DNA of 64,000 nt. It comes from Eledone cirrhosa. Taxonomy: Eukaryota. The stretch covers positions 91,078,001-91,142,000 of the forward strand of contig OZ024745.1 of NCBI GenBank assembly GCA_964016885.1, in the 5' to 3' direction. The position numbers and the translations under genes were made by a program. Below are positions 32,246 to 53,664 of this stretch, in pieces; within the stretch, counting starts at the first letter, position 1; each line of letters begins with the position of its first letter. A model generated the notes under the pieces. It ran no database searches and was not told the DNA's origin. It was given only the letters and a program-made list of their open reading frames with translations.

Positions 32246-35200
32246 ATCATCATCATCATCATCAGGTTTAGCGTCCGTGTTCCACGCTTGCATGGGTTTG
32301 GACGGGGGTTTTCCCACTTGAGGCAAGAGTGGTTGTCTTGCTCGCATAGGACTGTCTGGCGGGTTTTCTACAGTTGGATGCCCTTCCTAACACCAACCAC
32401 ATTTACAGTGTGGGGCTGGAGGTTTTTACCGTGTTGCCTACACGGCCACATTACAGCGTGGACTGTCTGGCGGGTTTTCTACGGCTGGATGCCCTTCCTA
32501 ACACCAACCACATTTACAGTGTGGGGCTGGGAGGTTTTTACCGTGTTGCCTACACGGCCACATTTACAGCGTGGACTGTGTGTTTTTTGTCGTGACACCT
32601 ACACGATCTCATTTGTTTCGGCCTGGATGTTGTGGGACCAACATAACTTTACATTGAAAGGGGCGGTATGGAGGTGGTGGGACGGGGGTGTGTTTTGATA
32701 GAGGTGCCTACTGACTGTAGTAGGTTTTTACTTTGTATTTAGGTAAGGCGGGTCTTCTCTATTACTGAGTACCGCCAAAGGTCTCGGTCCAGTGACATTG
32801 TCTTGGAGAGGTGTAAGCGTGTGAGGTCGGAATTTATCAGCTCGTCCCATGTTTTTCTGGGTCTGCCTACTCCGTGGCTACCGTCTATCTTTATTGCCCT
32901 GCACTTTGTTATACAGCTGTCGTCTTTCATGCGCATCACGTGACCGTACCAACGTAGCCTTCTCTCGAGTAAACAACATCTGATCCTCTTATTTCTAATT
33001 TTTTTCTTAGTTCGTTTATGCTTTGCCGTTCACGTATATTACTATTGCACATCCAGCTGAGCATGCAAGCTTCGTTCCTCTCTAGTCTGCGTATATCCTC
33101 TGCACACAATGCCCAGGTCTCACTGCCATGCAGCATTGCTGTTCGTATGCAGGCATCGTATAACCTGCCTTTCATTTTTAGGGAGAACCCTCTAGCGGCT
33201 AATAGTGGTATAAGCTCTCTGAACTTCTTTCCATCCAGTTCTGACTCTAGCTACTGTACTTTCAGAGCACCCTCCCCCACTGCTGATTTTGTCACCCAGA
33301 TAACGGAAGCTGTCCACTATTTCTATAGAACCCTCTGCGCAGTTGAAGGAGCTAGTATTTTGTGGGCACTTGCTGCTACTTATTGCACCAGAGCACCGGC
33401 CACATGTAAAATCTATGTTCTTAGTTAGCTTACCTGTGATCCCACTACATCTTTTATGCACCCATACTTTGCATTTGGGACATAAAATGGAGTTTCTACC
33501 TACGCCTTTCCTACACACTGAGCATGGCCATTTCCCCGATGGGACCGCCGCCTTATTTTCTTTCCTACAAACTAGAACTTTAGTCTTAGCCAGGTTAATT
33601 TTAAGGCCTTTTGATTCTAGGCCGTGCTTCCACGTTTGGAATTTCTTCTCTAGTTCGGTCATTGATTCAGCTATGAGCGTTAGATCATCTGCGTATAGGA
33701 GTTCCCATGGGCAGCCGGTCTTGAACTCCTCTGTTATAGCCTGAAGGGCAATAATAAATAGTAGGGGGCTAAGTACAGAGCCCTGATGGACACCACTTTT
33801 ACGCTAAACTCTTCACTATATTCGTTTTTAATTCTAACCTTACTGACTGTTTCTTTATACATGGCTTGTATAGCTCTCACAAGCCATTCGTCAACACCTA
33901 GTTTTCTAAGAGACCACCAGATAATGGAACGGGGGACTCTGTCGAAGGCTTTCTCCAAGTCGACAAAAGCTAAGTATAGGGGTTTACTTTTAGCTAGGTA
34001 CTTCTCCTGTAGTTGTCGTACAATGAAAAGAGCGTCTGTGGTACTTTTGCCTGACACAAACCCGAACTGCATTTCATCTAGATCAATTCTCTCTCTGATT
34101 AGTTGCGCTATTACTTTTTCCGTGACCTTCATGACCTGGTCGATTAATTTAATGCCTCTATAGTTACTCCTATCTAGGGCATCTCCTTTTCCCTTATAGC
34201 AGTTAACGATGATGCTGCTACGCCATTCCTTCGGAACAACCCCATTCTGTACGACTTGGTTAACTATCCAGGTGACCATAGTGTGTCCCACCGAACCAGA
34301 TGCCTTCAGCATCTCAGCAACTATTTCCGAAGGCCCAGCCGCCTTACCCGTCTTCATATCTTTGATTGCCTTACTTATTATACTACCTTCAACTAACACT
34401 GCTGGTCCCTCTATTGGATCGATCTGGGGGAGACTGTCTTTCTCCCATTTGTTCTCCTCATTTAGAAGCCTTTCGTAGTGACACTTCCAAGCTACCTTCT
34501 TATCAGCGTCGGTGATGGCAAGTATGCCATCATCGTTAAGTACACACTTCTCCCCGACAATATCACGGTTTTCCTTGACACATTGCCTGGCAATCCTGAA
34601 CACCTCACGTTTTTGGTCCTCACGTTGTAGAACATGCTTGAACTTTCTTTCCTCTGCTTCCCTTCTTGCGAAGTACACTTGTCTCCTAGCTTCCCTCCTG
34701 GCCACTTGATAGTCTTCTCTACTTCCCCCATCCCGCCATACTTTCCAAGCCTGCTTTTTGGCCTTAATTGACTCCTCCACCTTCCTGTTCCACCACCATG
34801 TTACTCTCCTCCTACCTACAGGCCTGCTCCAGCCACAGACTTCGTCTGCCGCCGTCAGCAGGTTTGCTCTCAGGAATTCCCACTGTTCCTCTATATTATA
34901 CGACTCTAATTGCTCTTCCTTACTGTCGAAAGCGTCAAGTAATTTGCTTTGAAATTTATTTCTGGCTATGGGGTCCTTTAGCTTCCATATTTTTCTCCTG
35001 AGGATAGTCCTCTTTCCCTGTCTAGTACGTCTCGTCCTGACTATGAGGTCGCTAATTATCAGTCTATGTTGGGAGGTGAATTCTTCATGGGGGTGGGATT
35101 TAGTGTTAACAACAGACACTCTGTCACGTCTTCTGGTAAGGATATAATCTACCTGGCTTGTGTGTTCCCCCGATCTATAGGTGATCAAGTGATTGTCTCG

Positions 35201-36311
35201 TTTTTTTAAGTTACTGTTACAGATAGTTAAGTTATTTGCGTCGCAGAATTCCAGGATTCTGGAGCCTTCCTCATTTCTAGTACCGAACCCATAGCCTCCA
35301 TGGATTCCGTCATAGCCGTCACAATGTTGTCCAACGTGACCATTTAGGTCGCCTGCAATAACTATATAGTCACTGTCGGTTATTTGGGAGGTAGCGAGCA
35401 TCAGTGTCTCGTAGAATCTGTCTTTTATAGCGCGGGGCAGTCCGGATTGGGGTGCGTACGCAGATATTACTGTCACCGTAGTTTTATTGAGGACAAGTCT
35501 TATTTTAATTATTCTGTCATTCACTCTATTTACGTCTATTATCTTATCTGCCCACTTTTCTGCTACCATGATTCCTACCCCACCCAACCCATTGTCATTT
35601 CCCACCCAGAAAAGCTTATAGCATCGCTCTTTACCCACGATGAATCTAGCCGACCCTCCCCTCCACCTGGTCTCTTGAATACAACAAACATCGACCTCCT
35701 TACGTTCAAGCATTTCTACAACCTCGTTAGAGCGACCCTTTAAGGTGCCTACATTCATGGTACCGACTCTGAAGTTTTGGATTGCGTTTGGAGGGTGGGA
35801 GCGGTGGGGCGCGGGGGGGGATGGGGTTATGTTAGCCATCCTGGGCCGAAACAAGGAGGAGTGCTTGCATTCTCGTCCACGAGGTGAATTTGGCTTTATC
35901 TTTGGCATTGTCGCTGAGCGTCCACATTTTTCTCTCTTCAACTCTCCAGAATTCCGTAGTCCATCCATCATATCGAAAAGCAACCAGTTAAGCGATAGTA
36001 TGGGCCTCTGACTTATGATTGGTCCACGTAATAATGGTGGTGCGTGGGGGCGGGAGGGAGGGATGATGGGTTGTTAGCGAGAATGTAAGGTTTAAGATAA
36101 GATCGCCGTATTTTGGGCATGATTTAACAATAAACGAAAATACAAGATTTGTTTTGTTTAAGAAATTACGATAGAGAAAATGCGGTGATAGGGAAAATAT
36201 GATTTTTAGAGAAAAGATATGATATATAATGGTGAAAATATGATATAGTGTGAATTTAGGACATAGAAGTGATTGAATGAATGGGTTCGAATGGAGAGAA
36301 GAATCGAGAAA
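32246..36311 (-). mobile_element. RTE LINE family A, near full length with frameshifts
   Basis: ORFs 33734-35983, 33192-33662, 32739-33175; (CAT)n tail; duplicated 3' UTR block; 5' UTR to ~36311. Confidence 0.95.
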
Positions 36312-36320
36312 ATATATATA

Positions 36321-36363
<43 letters not shown>

Positions 36364-36375
36364 TATCTATATATG

Positions 36376-36445
<70 letters not shown>

Positions 36446-36457
36446 CATATATATATG

Positions 36458-36561
<104 letters not shown>

Positions 36562-36596
36562 TATATACATATATATATATATACATATATATATAC

Positions 36597-36769
<173 letters not shown>

Positions 36770-36770
36770 C

Positions 36771-36954
<184 letters not shown>

Positions 36955-37328
36955 CACACGACCGTGACTTCTGGCGTCACGCAGTAATACAGGGTACCCG
37001 ACCTCCCATGGGTACATGCTGAAGCATATAAACAATATGCCCCCACTCCCCCCACCGCAAGGTGTCGTGGAGGTGCCACGGCAAAAAAGCACCCAGCCCA
37101 CACTGTAAAGTGGACGTGTAGGCGCTACGAAGAAGCACCCAGCACTCACTGTAAATGAGGTTGGTGTTAGGAAGGGCATCCAGCTGTAGAAATGAAGCCA
37201 GATCAGTTACTGTATGAGCAAGGCATGGTCAGCCGACCAACCACTGCCCACAACAGGACAACCCGTCTAACCCATGCTAGCGTGGAAGAACGGACGTAAA
37301 ACGGTGATGATGATGATGATGATGATGA
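36955..37328 (+). mobile_element. RTE LINE family B 3' fragment
   Basis: inverse match to 6850-7228; (GAT)n tail. Confidence 0.9.
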
Positions 37329-39569
<2,241 letters not shown>

Positions 39570-40000
39570 AAGTAATGTGCAAGTTTTTCAAGAACGGGAC
39601 ATGCTGGCATGAAGAGACCGGGATGGGATGCAGATTCGCCCACCCTAGGTCTCAAACGAACTATGCCCATCATACTCGCGCAACATGCCCCAGCCAAAGC
39701 CGAAATAAGCCGCTCCAGAAGTATGCTGATGTCGCGCGTGCTGCACCAACAAGGAGAAGGCACGCACATGCCGACGAGATACAGATGGCAGCAGCAGATC
39801 AGAAAAATTTTTTAGTGATGGCAGAGAAGATTGTGGGACAGCTGACCTGGCTGCATCGTCTCCAGAGCCAGGGTCATCCACACCAGCACTCGAGACCACC
39901 GCAGTTAAGGGACCCAGAGTGGCCGCCGCTGACACCAGACCAGGTGTCATACCGACAGCCATTACTGGCACCCCAAAAGTCACACCAGTGCTGCTGCTGA
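39570..40000 (+). CDS. CR1-group C1 ORF1, C-terminal part with CCCH zinc finger
   Basis: [22 protein letters not shown]; 5'-truncated at the TA array. Confidence 0.8.
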
Positions 40001-42960
40001 ATGTCAGGGGCCTGGTGAAACTCAGCAACATGAGTAAAATTTCCTACCTGGGAGACTTAGCCATAAGCAATCAAGCACTATGCATGGCACTAACCGAAAC
40101 GCACCTGACAAGCAGTATAGCAGATGCAGAAATACATATACCGAAATATACTGTATTTCGTTCGGACAGGAAGGAGAGAACTCATGGTGGGGTTGCTCTG
40201 TATATCCGTGAAGATGTCACACCAATTGTACTGTTGACACATTCAAACTCAGTCTGTGACACACTGATAATACATATGAAGCAACTACAGACGGTAATAT
40301 GTGTCACATATCGGCCGCCCGATGCCCCCAGTCATGAGGGTAAATTTGAGGATAGCCTAAGTAGGATAGAAGAGGTCCTTGACAAACTGGACCAGGGTCT
40401 CAACATCCTACTGCTGGGAGACTTCAACCTACCAAAGGTCAAATGGCCTGAGGGCCACCTCCTCCCTGGAATGACGTCAATAGAACAGAGACAGACGGAA
40501 TCCCTGCTGGCCCTCACACACAGGCTGTTCATGGAGCAAGCAATACTCCTCCCAACAAGAGGTGAAAATGTCCTGGACCTCTGTTTTACAAACAACGAAG
40601 TGCTCATCCACAATGTAAAGGTGACACCAACAATTCTCTCGGATCATAACTTGGTAGAGCTAATGATATGTGGTCCAAGAGAACCAACAGAGACAAAACC
40701 ACCAAGAAGCTCCGGGACGCTATCCAGCCTTAACTTCTACGGGGCTGACTGGAAGAAGATTAAGAGTGAAATTCGGAAGCAAACATGGAGTGCAAACATC
40801 GCCACACAAGACACTAACACACAATTTCAACACTTCATGACAACGATACACACCATATGCAAAAAGTGTGTCCCGGAGAAAGAGGCAAACAGACACAAAA
40901 ATCTTATTCCCAGAGATAGGAAAATCCTTATGAGACATAGAACTAAACTCTCAAACCAGTTGAATAGTCAACAAAACCAAAACAAGAAGGAATCCTATTT
41001 GAAACGTGCACTACTTGACACCGAGATTGCACTCAAGCTTTCACATGAGAATGAGAGGGCAAGGAAAGAGAACAGGGCCATAGAAAACATTAAAACAAAC
41101 CCTAAGGCCTTCTTTAAATTTGCAAAAGAAACTGCCTCAGTACACTGCAAGATTGGACCACTCTTCCACACGGACGGTTCATTAACCGAAAATCCCCAAG
41201 AGATATGTGAAATACTGAACGAACAGTACAAAAGTGTCTTCACATGTCCACTGAGGCACATGCAAATAACGAAGCCAGAGGAGTTCTTTGATGCCACAAC
41301 ACTACATCAAGAAATGGCAACCATCAACCACATAGACATAACGGAGGAGGATGTGGTGTACGCCATTGATGAAATTAGAACAGACTCGGCTGCTGGACCT
41401 GATGGATTCCCAGCAGTTCTCCTAAAAATATGTAAGCGGGCCTTAGCAACTCCACTGAAGATGCTCTTCAGAAGCTCCTTGGCTAGCGGTGTACTACCCA
41501 GGGAGCTGAAAGAAGGCACAATATGCCCTATCCATAAAGGAGGTAGTAGAGCGGAGGCCAAGAACTATAGGCCAGTCTCCCTGACGTCGCATATCAGTAA
41601 GGTCATGGAGCGAGTCGTCAGAAAGAAACTAATCACTTTCCTCGAAGAAAATGACCGCCTGACTAGCACGCAACATGGCTTCCGCCCAGGAAGAAGCTGC
41701 CTTACACAGCTGCTACATCACTACGACTGGGTACTGAGACAGCTACTAGACAGCTCACATGTAGACGTGATATATCTTGACTTTGCGAAGGCCTTTGACA
41801 AGGTCGACCACGGAATGATATGTCACAAACTACACGGACTCGGCATAACTGGAAAAGTAGGTGAGTGGCTGCATGGCTTCCTGAGGGACAGAAGCCAGGC
41901 AGTCGCAGCAAATGGGGCCCTCTCGAGGGAAACACCGATAACAAGTGGGGTGCCTCAGGGGACAGTCCTGGGACCACTACTGTTTTTGGTGGCTCTCTCG
42001 GACATGCCCTCTGTGGTGCATGCAACAACATCCCTCACTAGCTATGCTGATGACACTAAGGTAGCACAGGCAATCAAAAACCCGGCTGACGCTGCCCTCT
42101 TACAGCAGGATCTGGATGCCATATACAGATGGGCGGAAGAAAACAACATGCAGTTTAATGCTGGCAAATTCCAAGCCCTACAATACAAACCTGCAAACAC
42201 AAACACAAATATAGCGGAACACAGCTACACAGGACCAGGAGGGACCGATATCCCCGTGTCAAAATCGATACGAGACCTGGGCATAGACATGAGCGATGAT
42301 GCATCTTTTTCTTCACACATCATGAAGGTGGCGACAGCATGTAGACGATTCGCTGGCTGGATCTTGAGGACTTTCCTTACAAGAGATCGAGACACCATGT
42401 TGACACTGTGGAGGACTTTTGTCCTAAGCTGCCTGGACTACTGCTCCCAGCTGTGGTCACCCCATAGTGTCAAACTAACCACAGAGCTTGAGGCAATCCA
42501 GCGAAGCTACACCAAGAGGATTGCCAAGATGAGGGAGACAAGCTACTGGGAGAGGCTGAAGGAACTGAACCTCTACTCCTTGGAGCGAAGACGGGAGAGA
42601 TACGCAGTGATCTACATGTGGAAAATCCTGGAGGGACTAGCACCAAACTTTGGCATTGGGAGCTGGACCAACCGTCGAACAGGACGTCACTGTGTGGTGC
42701 CAAAGGTCCCGTCTTCCACATCTAGAATAAGGAGCAGGTATTGCAATAGCCTGGGATTCAAGGGCCCTCAACTCTTCAACAGGCTGCCGAGGCATCTGCG
42801 AGACTTGCATGACGTGGAGGTGGATGTCTTTAAGAAACATCTCGACACCTTGTTATCCAGGATCCTGGATGAGCCCACAGCAAGACACGAGGGAAACCTA
42901 AGGGCAGCAGCAACAAACTCCCTCCTACACCAGTGGCCAACCTATACAGGCTGGAGATAA
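39814..42960 (+). CDS. intact ORF2: AP endonuclease + reverse transcriptase
   Basis: frame open from the heptamer at 39808-39814 to TAA 42960; [45 protein letters not shown]. Confidence 0.92.
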   Translation, partial: SDGREDCGTADLAASSPEPGSSTPALETTAVKGPRVAAADTRPGVIPTAITGTPKVTPVLLLNVRGLVKLSNMSKISYLGDLAISNQALCMALTETHLTSSIADAEIHIPKYTVFRSDRKERTHGGVALYIREDVTPIVLLTHSNSVCDTLIIHMKQLQTVICVTYRPPDAPSHEGKFEDSLSRIEEVLDKLDQGLNILLLGDFNLPKVKWPEGHLLPGMTSIEQRQTESLLALTHRLFMEQAILLPTRGENVLDLCFTNNEVLIHNVKVTPTILSDHNLVELMICGPREPTETKPPRSSGTLSSLNFYGADWKKIKSEIRKQTWSANIATQDTNTQFQHFMTTIHTICKKCVPEKEANRHKNLIPRDRKILMRHRTKLSNQLNSQQNQNKKESYLKRALLDTEIALKLSHENERARKENRAIENIKTNPKAFFKFAKETASVHCKIGPLFHTDGSLTENPQEICEILNEQYKSVFTCPLRHMQITKPEEFFDATTLHQEMATINHIDITEEDVVYAIDEIRTDSAAGPDGFPAVLLKICKRALATPLKMLFRSSLASGVLPRELKEGTICPIHKGGSRAEAKNYRPVSLTSHISKVMERVVRKKLITFLEENDRLTSTQHGFRPGRSCLTQLLHHYDWVLRQLLDSSHVDVIYLDFAKAFDKVDHGMICHKLHGLGITGKVGEWLHGFLRDRSQAVAANGALSRETPITSGVPQGTVLGPLLFLVALSDMPSVVHATTSLTSYADDTKVAQAIKNPADAALLQQDLDAIYRWAEENNMQFNAGKFQALQYKPANTNTNIAEHSYTGPGGTDIPVSKSIRDLGIDMSDDASFSSHIMKVATACRRFAGWILRTFLTRDRDTMLTLWRTFVLSCLDYCSQLWSPHSVKLTTELEAIQRSYTKRIAKMRETSYWERLKELNLYSLERRRERYAVIYMWKILEGLAPNFGIGSWTNRRTGRHCVVPKVPSSTSRIRSRYCNSLGFKGPQLFNRLPRHLRDLHDVEVDVFKKHLDTLLSRILDEPTARHEGNLRAAATNSLLHQWPTYTGWR

Positions 42961-43188
42961 AATGTGTAGCAACAAGGGCGGTGCCCCAGCATGGCCTCAG
43001 CCGGATGGCTGAAGCAGGTAAAAGAGTAAAAGAGTATACATATATATACATATATATATATATATACATATATATCTATACATATATATATATATATATA
43101 GATATATATATATATCTATATATATATATATATCTATATATATATATATATATATATATCTATATATATATATATATATATATATATC

Positions 43189-43245
<57 letters not shown>

Positions 43246-43247
43246 TC

Positions 43248-49329
<6,082 letters not shown>

Positions 49330-52300
49330 TATAACTTTGAATAACTTTGAATAACTTTGAAATGTTTTGGCCAGTATTGGCCCAGGCCATGTCTAACTTA
49401 ATAGCACCACCTGGCGAAGTCTTTCAATTCAGGATTTGGGCACCATGGCCCATTCGAGAAGAGAATTACTGTTTGCGGAGACATATCCGGGTGTGGGTGG
49501 TTTGTCCGGGATTACTTGGAGGAATTTGTCCAAAGACTTCTTGAATTTTGTGTGGTCAGTTTCTGTTTTGACGTGTCCTGGTGTGATGTTGAAGCGAGCA
49601 GGGCCGATTGAGGTGAAATAATTGTGCCGTATTGTTGTTATGAGTTGCGATTTAGATTTTTGAATGGGACGGATAGCACGGGGGCCAAGCCTTGGGTGTA
49701 TCTTGAAGGCGATGCCAACATCATTTGGGCAGTGATGATGGAACATTTTCCACATCATGCAGATAATATAACGCTCACTGCGACGTTGGAGTGAGTAAAG
49801 TTTCAGGTTTTCTAGTCGACCCCAGTAGTCAAGGTCTGACATGCCATCTATCTTTTTCGTGATTGCCCTTTGAGGAGCTTCAAGTTTCATGATACTTTGT
49901 TTCGTGTGGGGAGACCACAGTGGACAACAGTATTCAAGGTGTGGTCGGGCAAAAGTAGAGAAGAGAAGGATAATGGTGTGGGAATCTCTCGACTGGAAGG
50001 TTCTGAGGATCCAGGAACACATTCTGCGGGACATGTCAACTTTGCTGCTTATATGCGTGGCCCAGCTTATGTTGCTGTCCACGGTTACTCCCAAGTCTCT
50101 GATGTTGTTAGATGCCACGAGAGTTTCCCCGGAGGGAAGGGAGTATGGGAGTTTCAGAGCATCCTCTTTTCCAAAGTGGATCAGTTCGAATTTGTCTTCG
50201 TTCAGTAACATGTTGTTCTTTTCCGCCCATTGGGTAACAGCCAGTAGGTCTGACTGAAGGCTTATCCGGTCATCCGCGCCATTGATGACCTTTTGGAGCT
50301 TGGAATCATCAGCGAAAATTTTAATGTTGCTGTGTTTGATGATGTCAGTGATGTCATTAATATAGATGATGAAGAGAAGTGGGCCCAACACAGTGCCTTG
50401 TGGGACCCCACTACTGACTTTGGCTTGGCTGGATTTGACTCCTTCAACTACAACATGTTGGGTTCTATTTGACAGGAAGCTCTTGATCCACTGCAGCAGC
50501 TTTCCAGTGACACCAATATTGGACAGCTTTCTCAGTAGAATGTTATGATCAACCCTGTCAAAGGCCTTGCTGAAATCAAGGTAGATAACATCAGTGTTGG
50601 AACCCTCTCCCAAGGCTCTCAAAATGTCATCAAAGTGATGCAGTAGCTGCGTCAGGCAATCCCTTCCATTACGGAATCCATGCTGGTTGGAGTTCAGCAT
50701 ATTGTTACTCTCAAGGAAGTGGGTCATTCGCGATCTCACCACTCTCTCAAATACCTTAATGATATGAGAGGTGAGTGAGATTGGACGCTAATTCACGGCA
50801 AGGGATTTGTTTCCCTTTTTGAAAACTGGGACAACAGACTGGGATAGAAGGTTTTCTGGCACATATCCAGCATCCAGTGAGTTCCGCCACAGATTGGCAA
50901 GAGGAGATGCAAGTTGGTGTTGACACGCCTTCAAGACACAAGCAGGGAACCTATCGGGACCTACTGCTGAATTATGCTTGATTTCCTTTATTGCCGCTAA
51001 GACATCAGGGGCGCCAAACGTTATGTCCGATAAGGTGTAATGGGGAGTAACATCGCCGATACAGCCCAGATCGGCCATATCAGGATTGCTGAAAACAGAG
51101 CAGTATTGTTTCTGCAGTATCTCACCCATGGTTTTAGCATTGTCTTGAAGAGTGCTATTTTCATCAATTAGAGGGCCAACAGTAGAGCCAGTGATTTTGT
51201 GTTTTTTTGCAAATGAAAAGAACACTTTGGGATTGAGTTTGATCTTCTCAATGGCCCAGGCCTCTTCAGCTCTTCTCTGATTGTTGATGAGGGACATTAT
51301 GTTGTTTTGGAGGTTGTTTTTTAATCTCTAGTGATGAAATGGCAGTCAAGTTGATGTGTTGCTGCTGACAGTATTTCAGCTTGTTGATTTTTTTTGTTCG
51401 TTCTCTTAATTTTTCTGATGAGCGTTTTTCTATTTCTAGGGATTCTGCTCTTAGATTTGTTTATAGTTCTTAATGGGGTGTGTGTTGCACATATGTTTGT
51501 AACAGTGTCCACAAATGTCTGCCAGGACTTTTTGATGTTAGTGGGTGTATGAGTGTGCGTGAAGGACCAGTCGACATGTGCAAGATCATGACTGATCGCT
51601 TCCCAGCTTGCATTGTGGAAATCCATAGCGTCAAACGGATGGACAGGAGAGATGACATTGGGTTTGTATATTGGACGGTGGAATCTCAGATCACAGAGAA
51701 CCATGTCATGATCAGAGAGTAGAGTTTTCTCCACTGCAATATTGTGGATATTGTCAGTGTGATTGCTGAAAATTAAGTCTAGGACGTTTTTGTGGCACCT
51801 CGTTGGTTCGAGCACCAGTTGGGATAGGAAGAAATAATCCATGAAGTCAAGAAGCGATTCCACTGCTTCCCTGTCAGAGGTTGAGGCAGAAGAACCTGGT
51901 GGCAGGCTGTTTGTGGACCAGTCAACTCCGGGGAGGTTGAAGTCCCCCATCATTAAGATGTTGTCAGGGTGACACTCTTGGATGAAACACTTTATGCTGT
52001 TGAGGCATTCCTTGAAGCATGGTAGAGGCGTTTGGGGTGGCCTATAGAGCCCAACTACTATTAGGTTGTTGGTTTGACTGAATACAGTGACTGCTTCACA
52101 GTATCCATTAGTGAATATGTTCGTAGCCTCTGTTGAGAAAGAATTATGGACATAAATGGCAGTCCCGCCCTTTCTTCTGCCAGCGCGATCAGCACGGATG
52201 GCTTTGAAATTTTTCACTTTCACCTCGGCTTCCAAGTGGAGGTTACTGAGATGGGTTTCAGTGAGGACGAAGAAAGGGATGTGGTTTAGATGGACATCAA

Positions 52301-53166
52301 TCCAGTCCTCCAGGAATTTGATCTTCCATTTTTGAGTACTGGTGGAAGGGCTGATGCCTTGGGCGTTAAGCAAAAATGTAGAGGCGAGAGTGGATGGTTT
52401 TAATTGTTTTGGTGTGTTGTTAATTTGTTTGTTTGTTAATGGCAGCAATGGGAGTTTGTGCAGTGGGGTGATAGTGGAGGGTGGTGCTGGGTGATAGCTC
52501 GAATGTTTTTTTCCAGTTCTTTTGCCAGATTCATTATGGCTAAAAAAGAGGAAGAAGTTTCCTGTTTAGAAGACTGTTGGTGACTGTGGTAGTGGTTATT
52601 TTTATGTAGGTTATGGTTTTTGTTTTTGCTTTTATTTTAATTTTATTTGTCCGACGGGTCCCCGGGAGATGGGTAAAGGGACAATCCCGGTCTAAACACA
52701 ATCTGTCTCGCAGGGAAAAGCGGCAGATTTGTGGATTCCTTGTTTGAGTTATTGGTGGTTGTGTTGGTGTTAAATTAGAGTATGTATTATGGTGGTGGCT
52801 GTTTGTGGGGATAGATCGTTTTGTCCTAGGTAAATGGGTGAATTTGCAGCCACTATCCGTACATATTCTATAGCGTAGAGAGTAGCGGCAAATGATGGGG
52901 TTTCGAGTGGGTGGGTATGTGGGTGTGTGTGTTGTGAGAGGTGTAGATGATGGTTTGAGTAGGATTTGACGACCTTTGTGGACTGTGGGAGGGAGAGTTC
53001 TTGTTCTGGTATTAGAAGATAAATTCCTTGAAATAGCAGTAGCCAAAGATGTTGTAGTAGTAGTAGTAGTAGGCAGAGAAGATGTTGGCAGTGGTGATGA
53101 TTGGACTGCTGGGCCAGAGAAAGGATGTGGCGTTTCCTGCTGTGAGACAGAGGCTACTGGGGGGTC

Positions 53167-53167
<1 letters not shown>
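49330..53167 (-). mobile_element. CR1-group LINE family C2, near full length with frameshifts
   Basis: ORF1 part with two CCCH fingers; ORF2 pieces 51321-52448 (APE), 50788-51297, 49429-50742 (RT, FADD); (TTCAAAGTTA)3 tail. Confidence 0.93.
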
Positions 53168-53198
<31 letters not shown>

Positions 53199-53471
53199 GT
53201 ATATGTATATGTATATATATATATATATGTATATGTATATATATGTATGTATATATATATATGTATGTATATATATATATGTATGTATGTATATATATAT
53301 ATGTATGTATATATATATATGTATGTGTATATATATATATATGTATGTATATATATATATATGTATGTATATATATATATATGTATATGTATATATATAT
53401 ATATGTATGTATATATATATATATATGTATGTGTATATATATATATATGTGTGTATATATATATATATGTG

Positions 53472-53526
<55 letters not shown>

Positions 53527-53533
53527 GTATATG

Positions 53534-53564
<31 letters not shown>

Positions 53565-53575
53565 GTATATGTATG

Positions 53576-53620
<45 letters not shown>

Positions 53621-53621
53621 G

Positions 53622-53663
<42 letters not shown>

Positions 53664-53664
<1 letters not shown>

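Larger units (their letters stand above)
39570..43036 (+). mobile_element. CR1-group LINE family C1
   Basis: partial ORF1, intact ORF2, short 3' UTR, (AAAGAGTA)n-type tail. Confidence 0.93.

Noticed and set aside
35820-36090. Possible HDV-like ribozyme at the RTE 5' end (ACCTCGT loop, GCTAA)
   Set aside because: Could not form P2 or P1.1 pairings and there is no G at the predicted cleavage position
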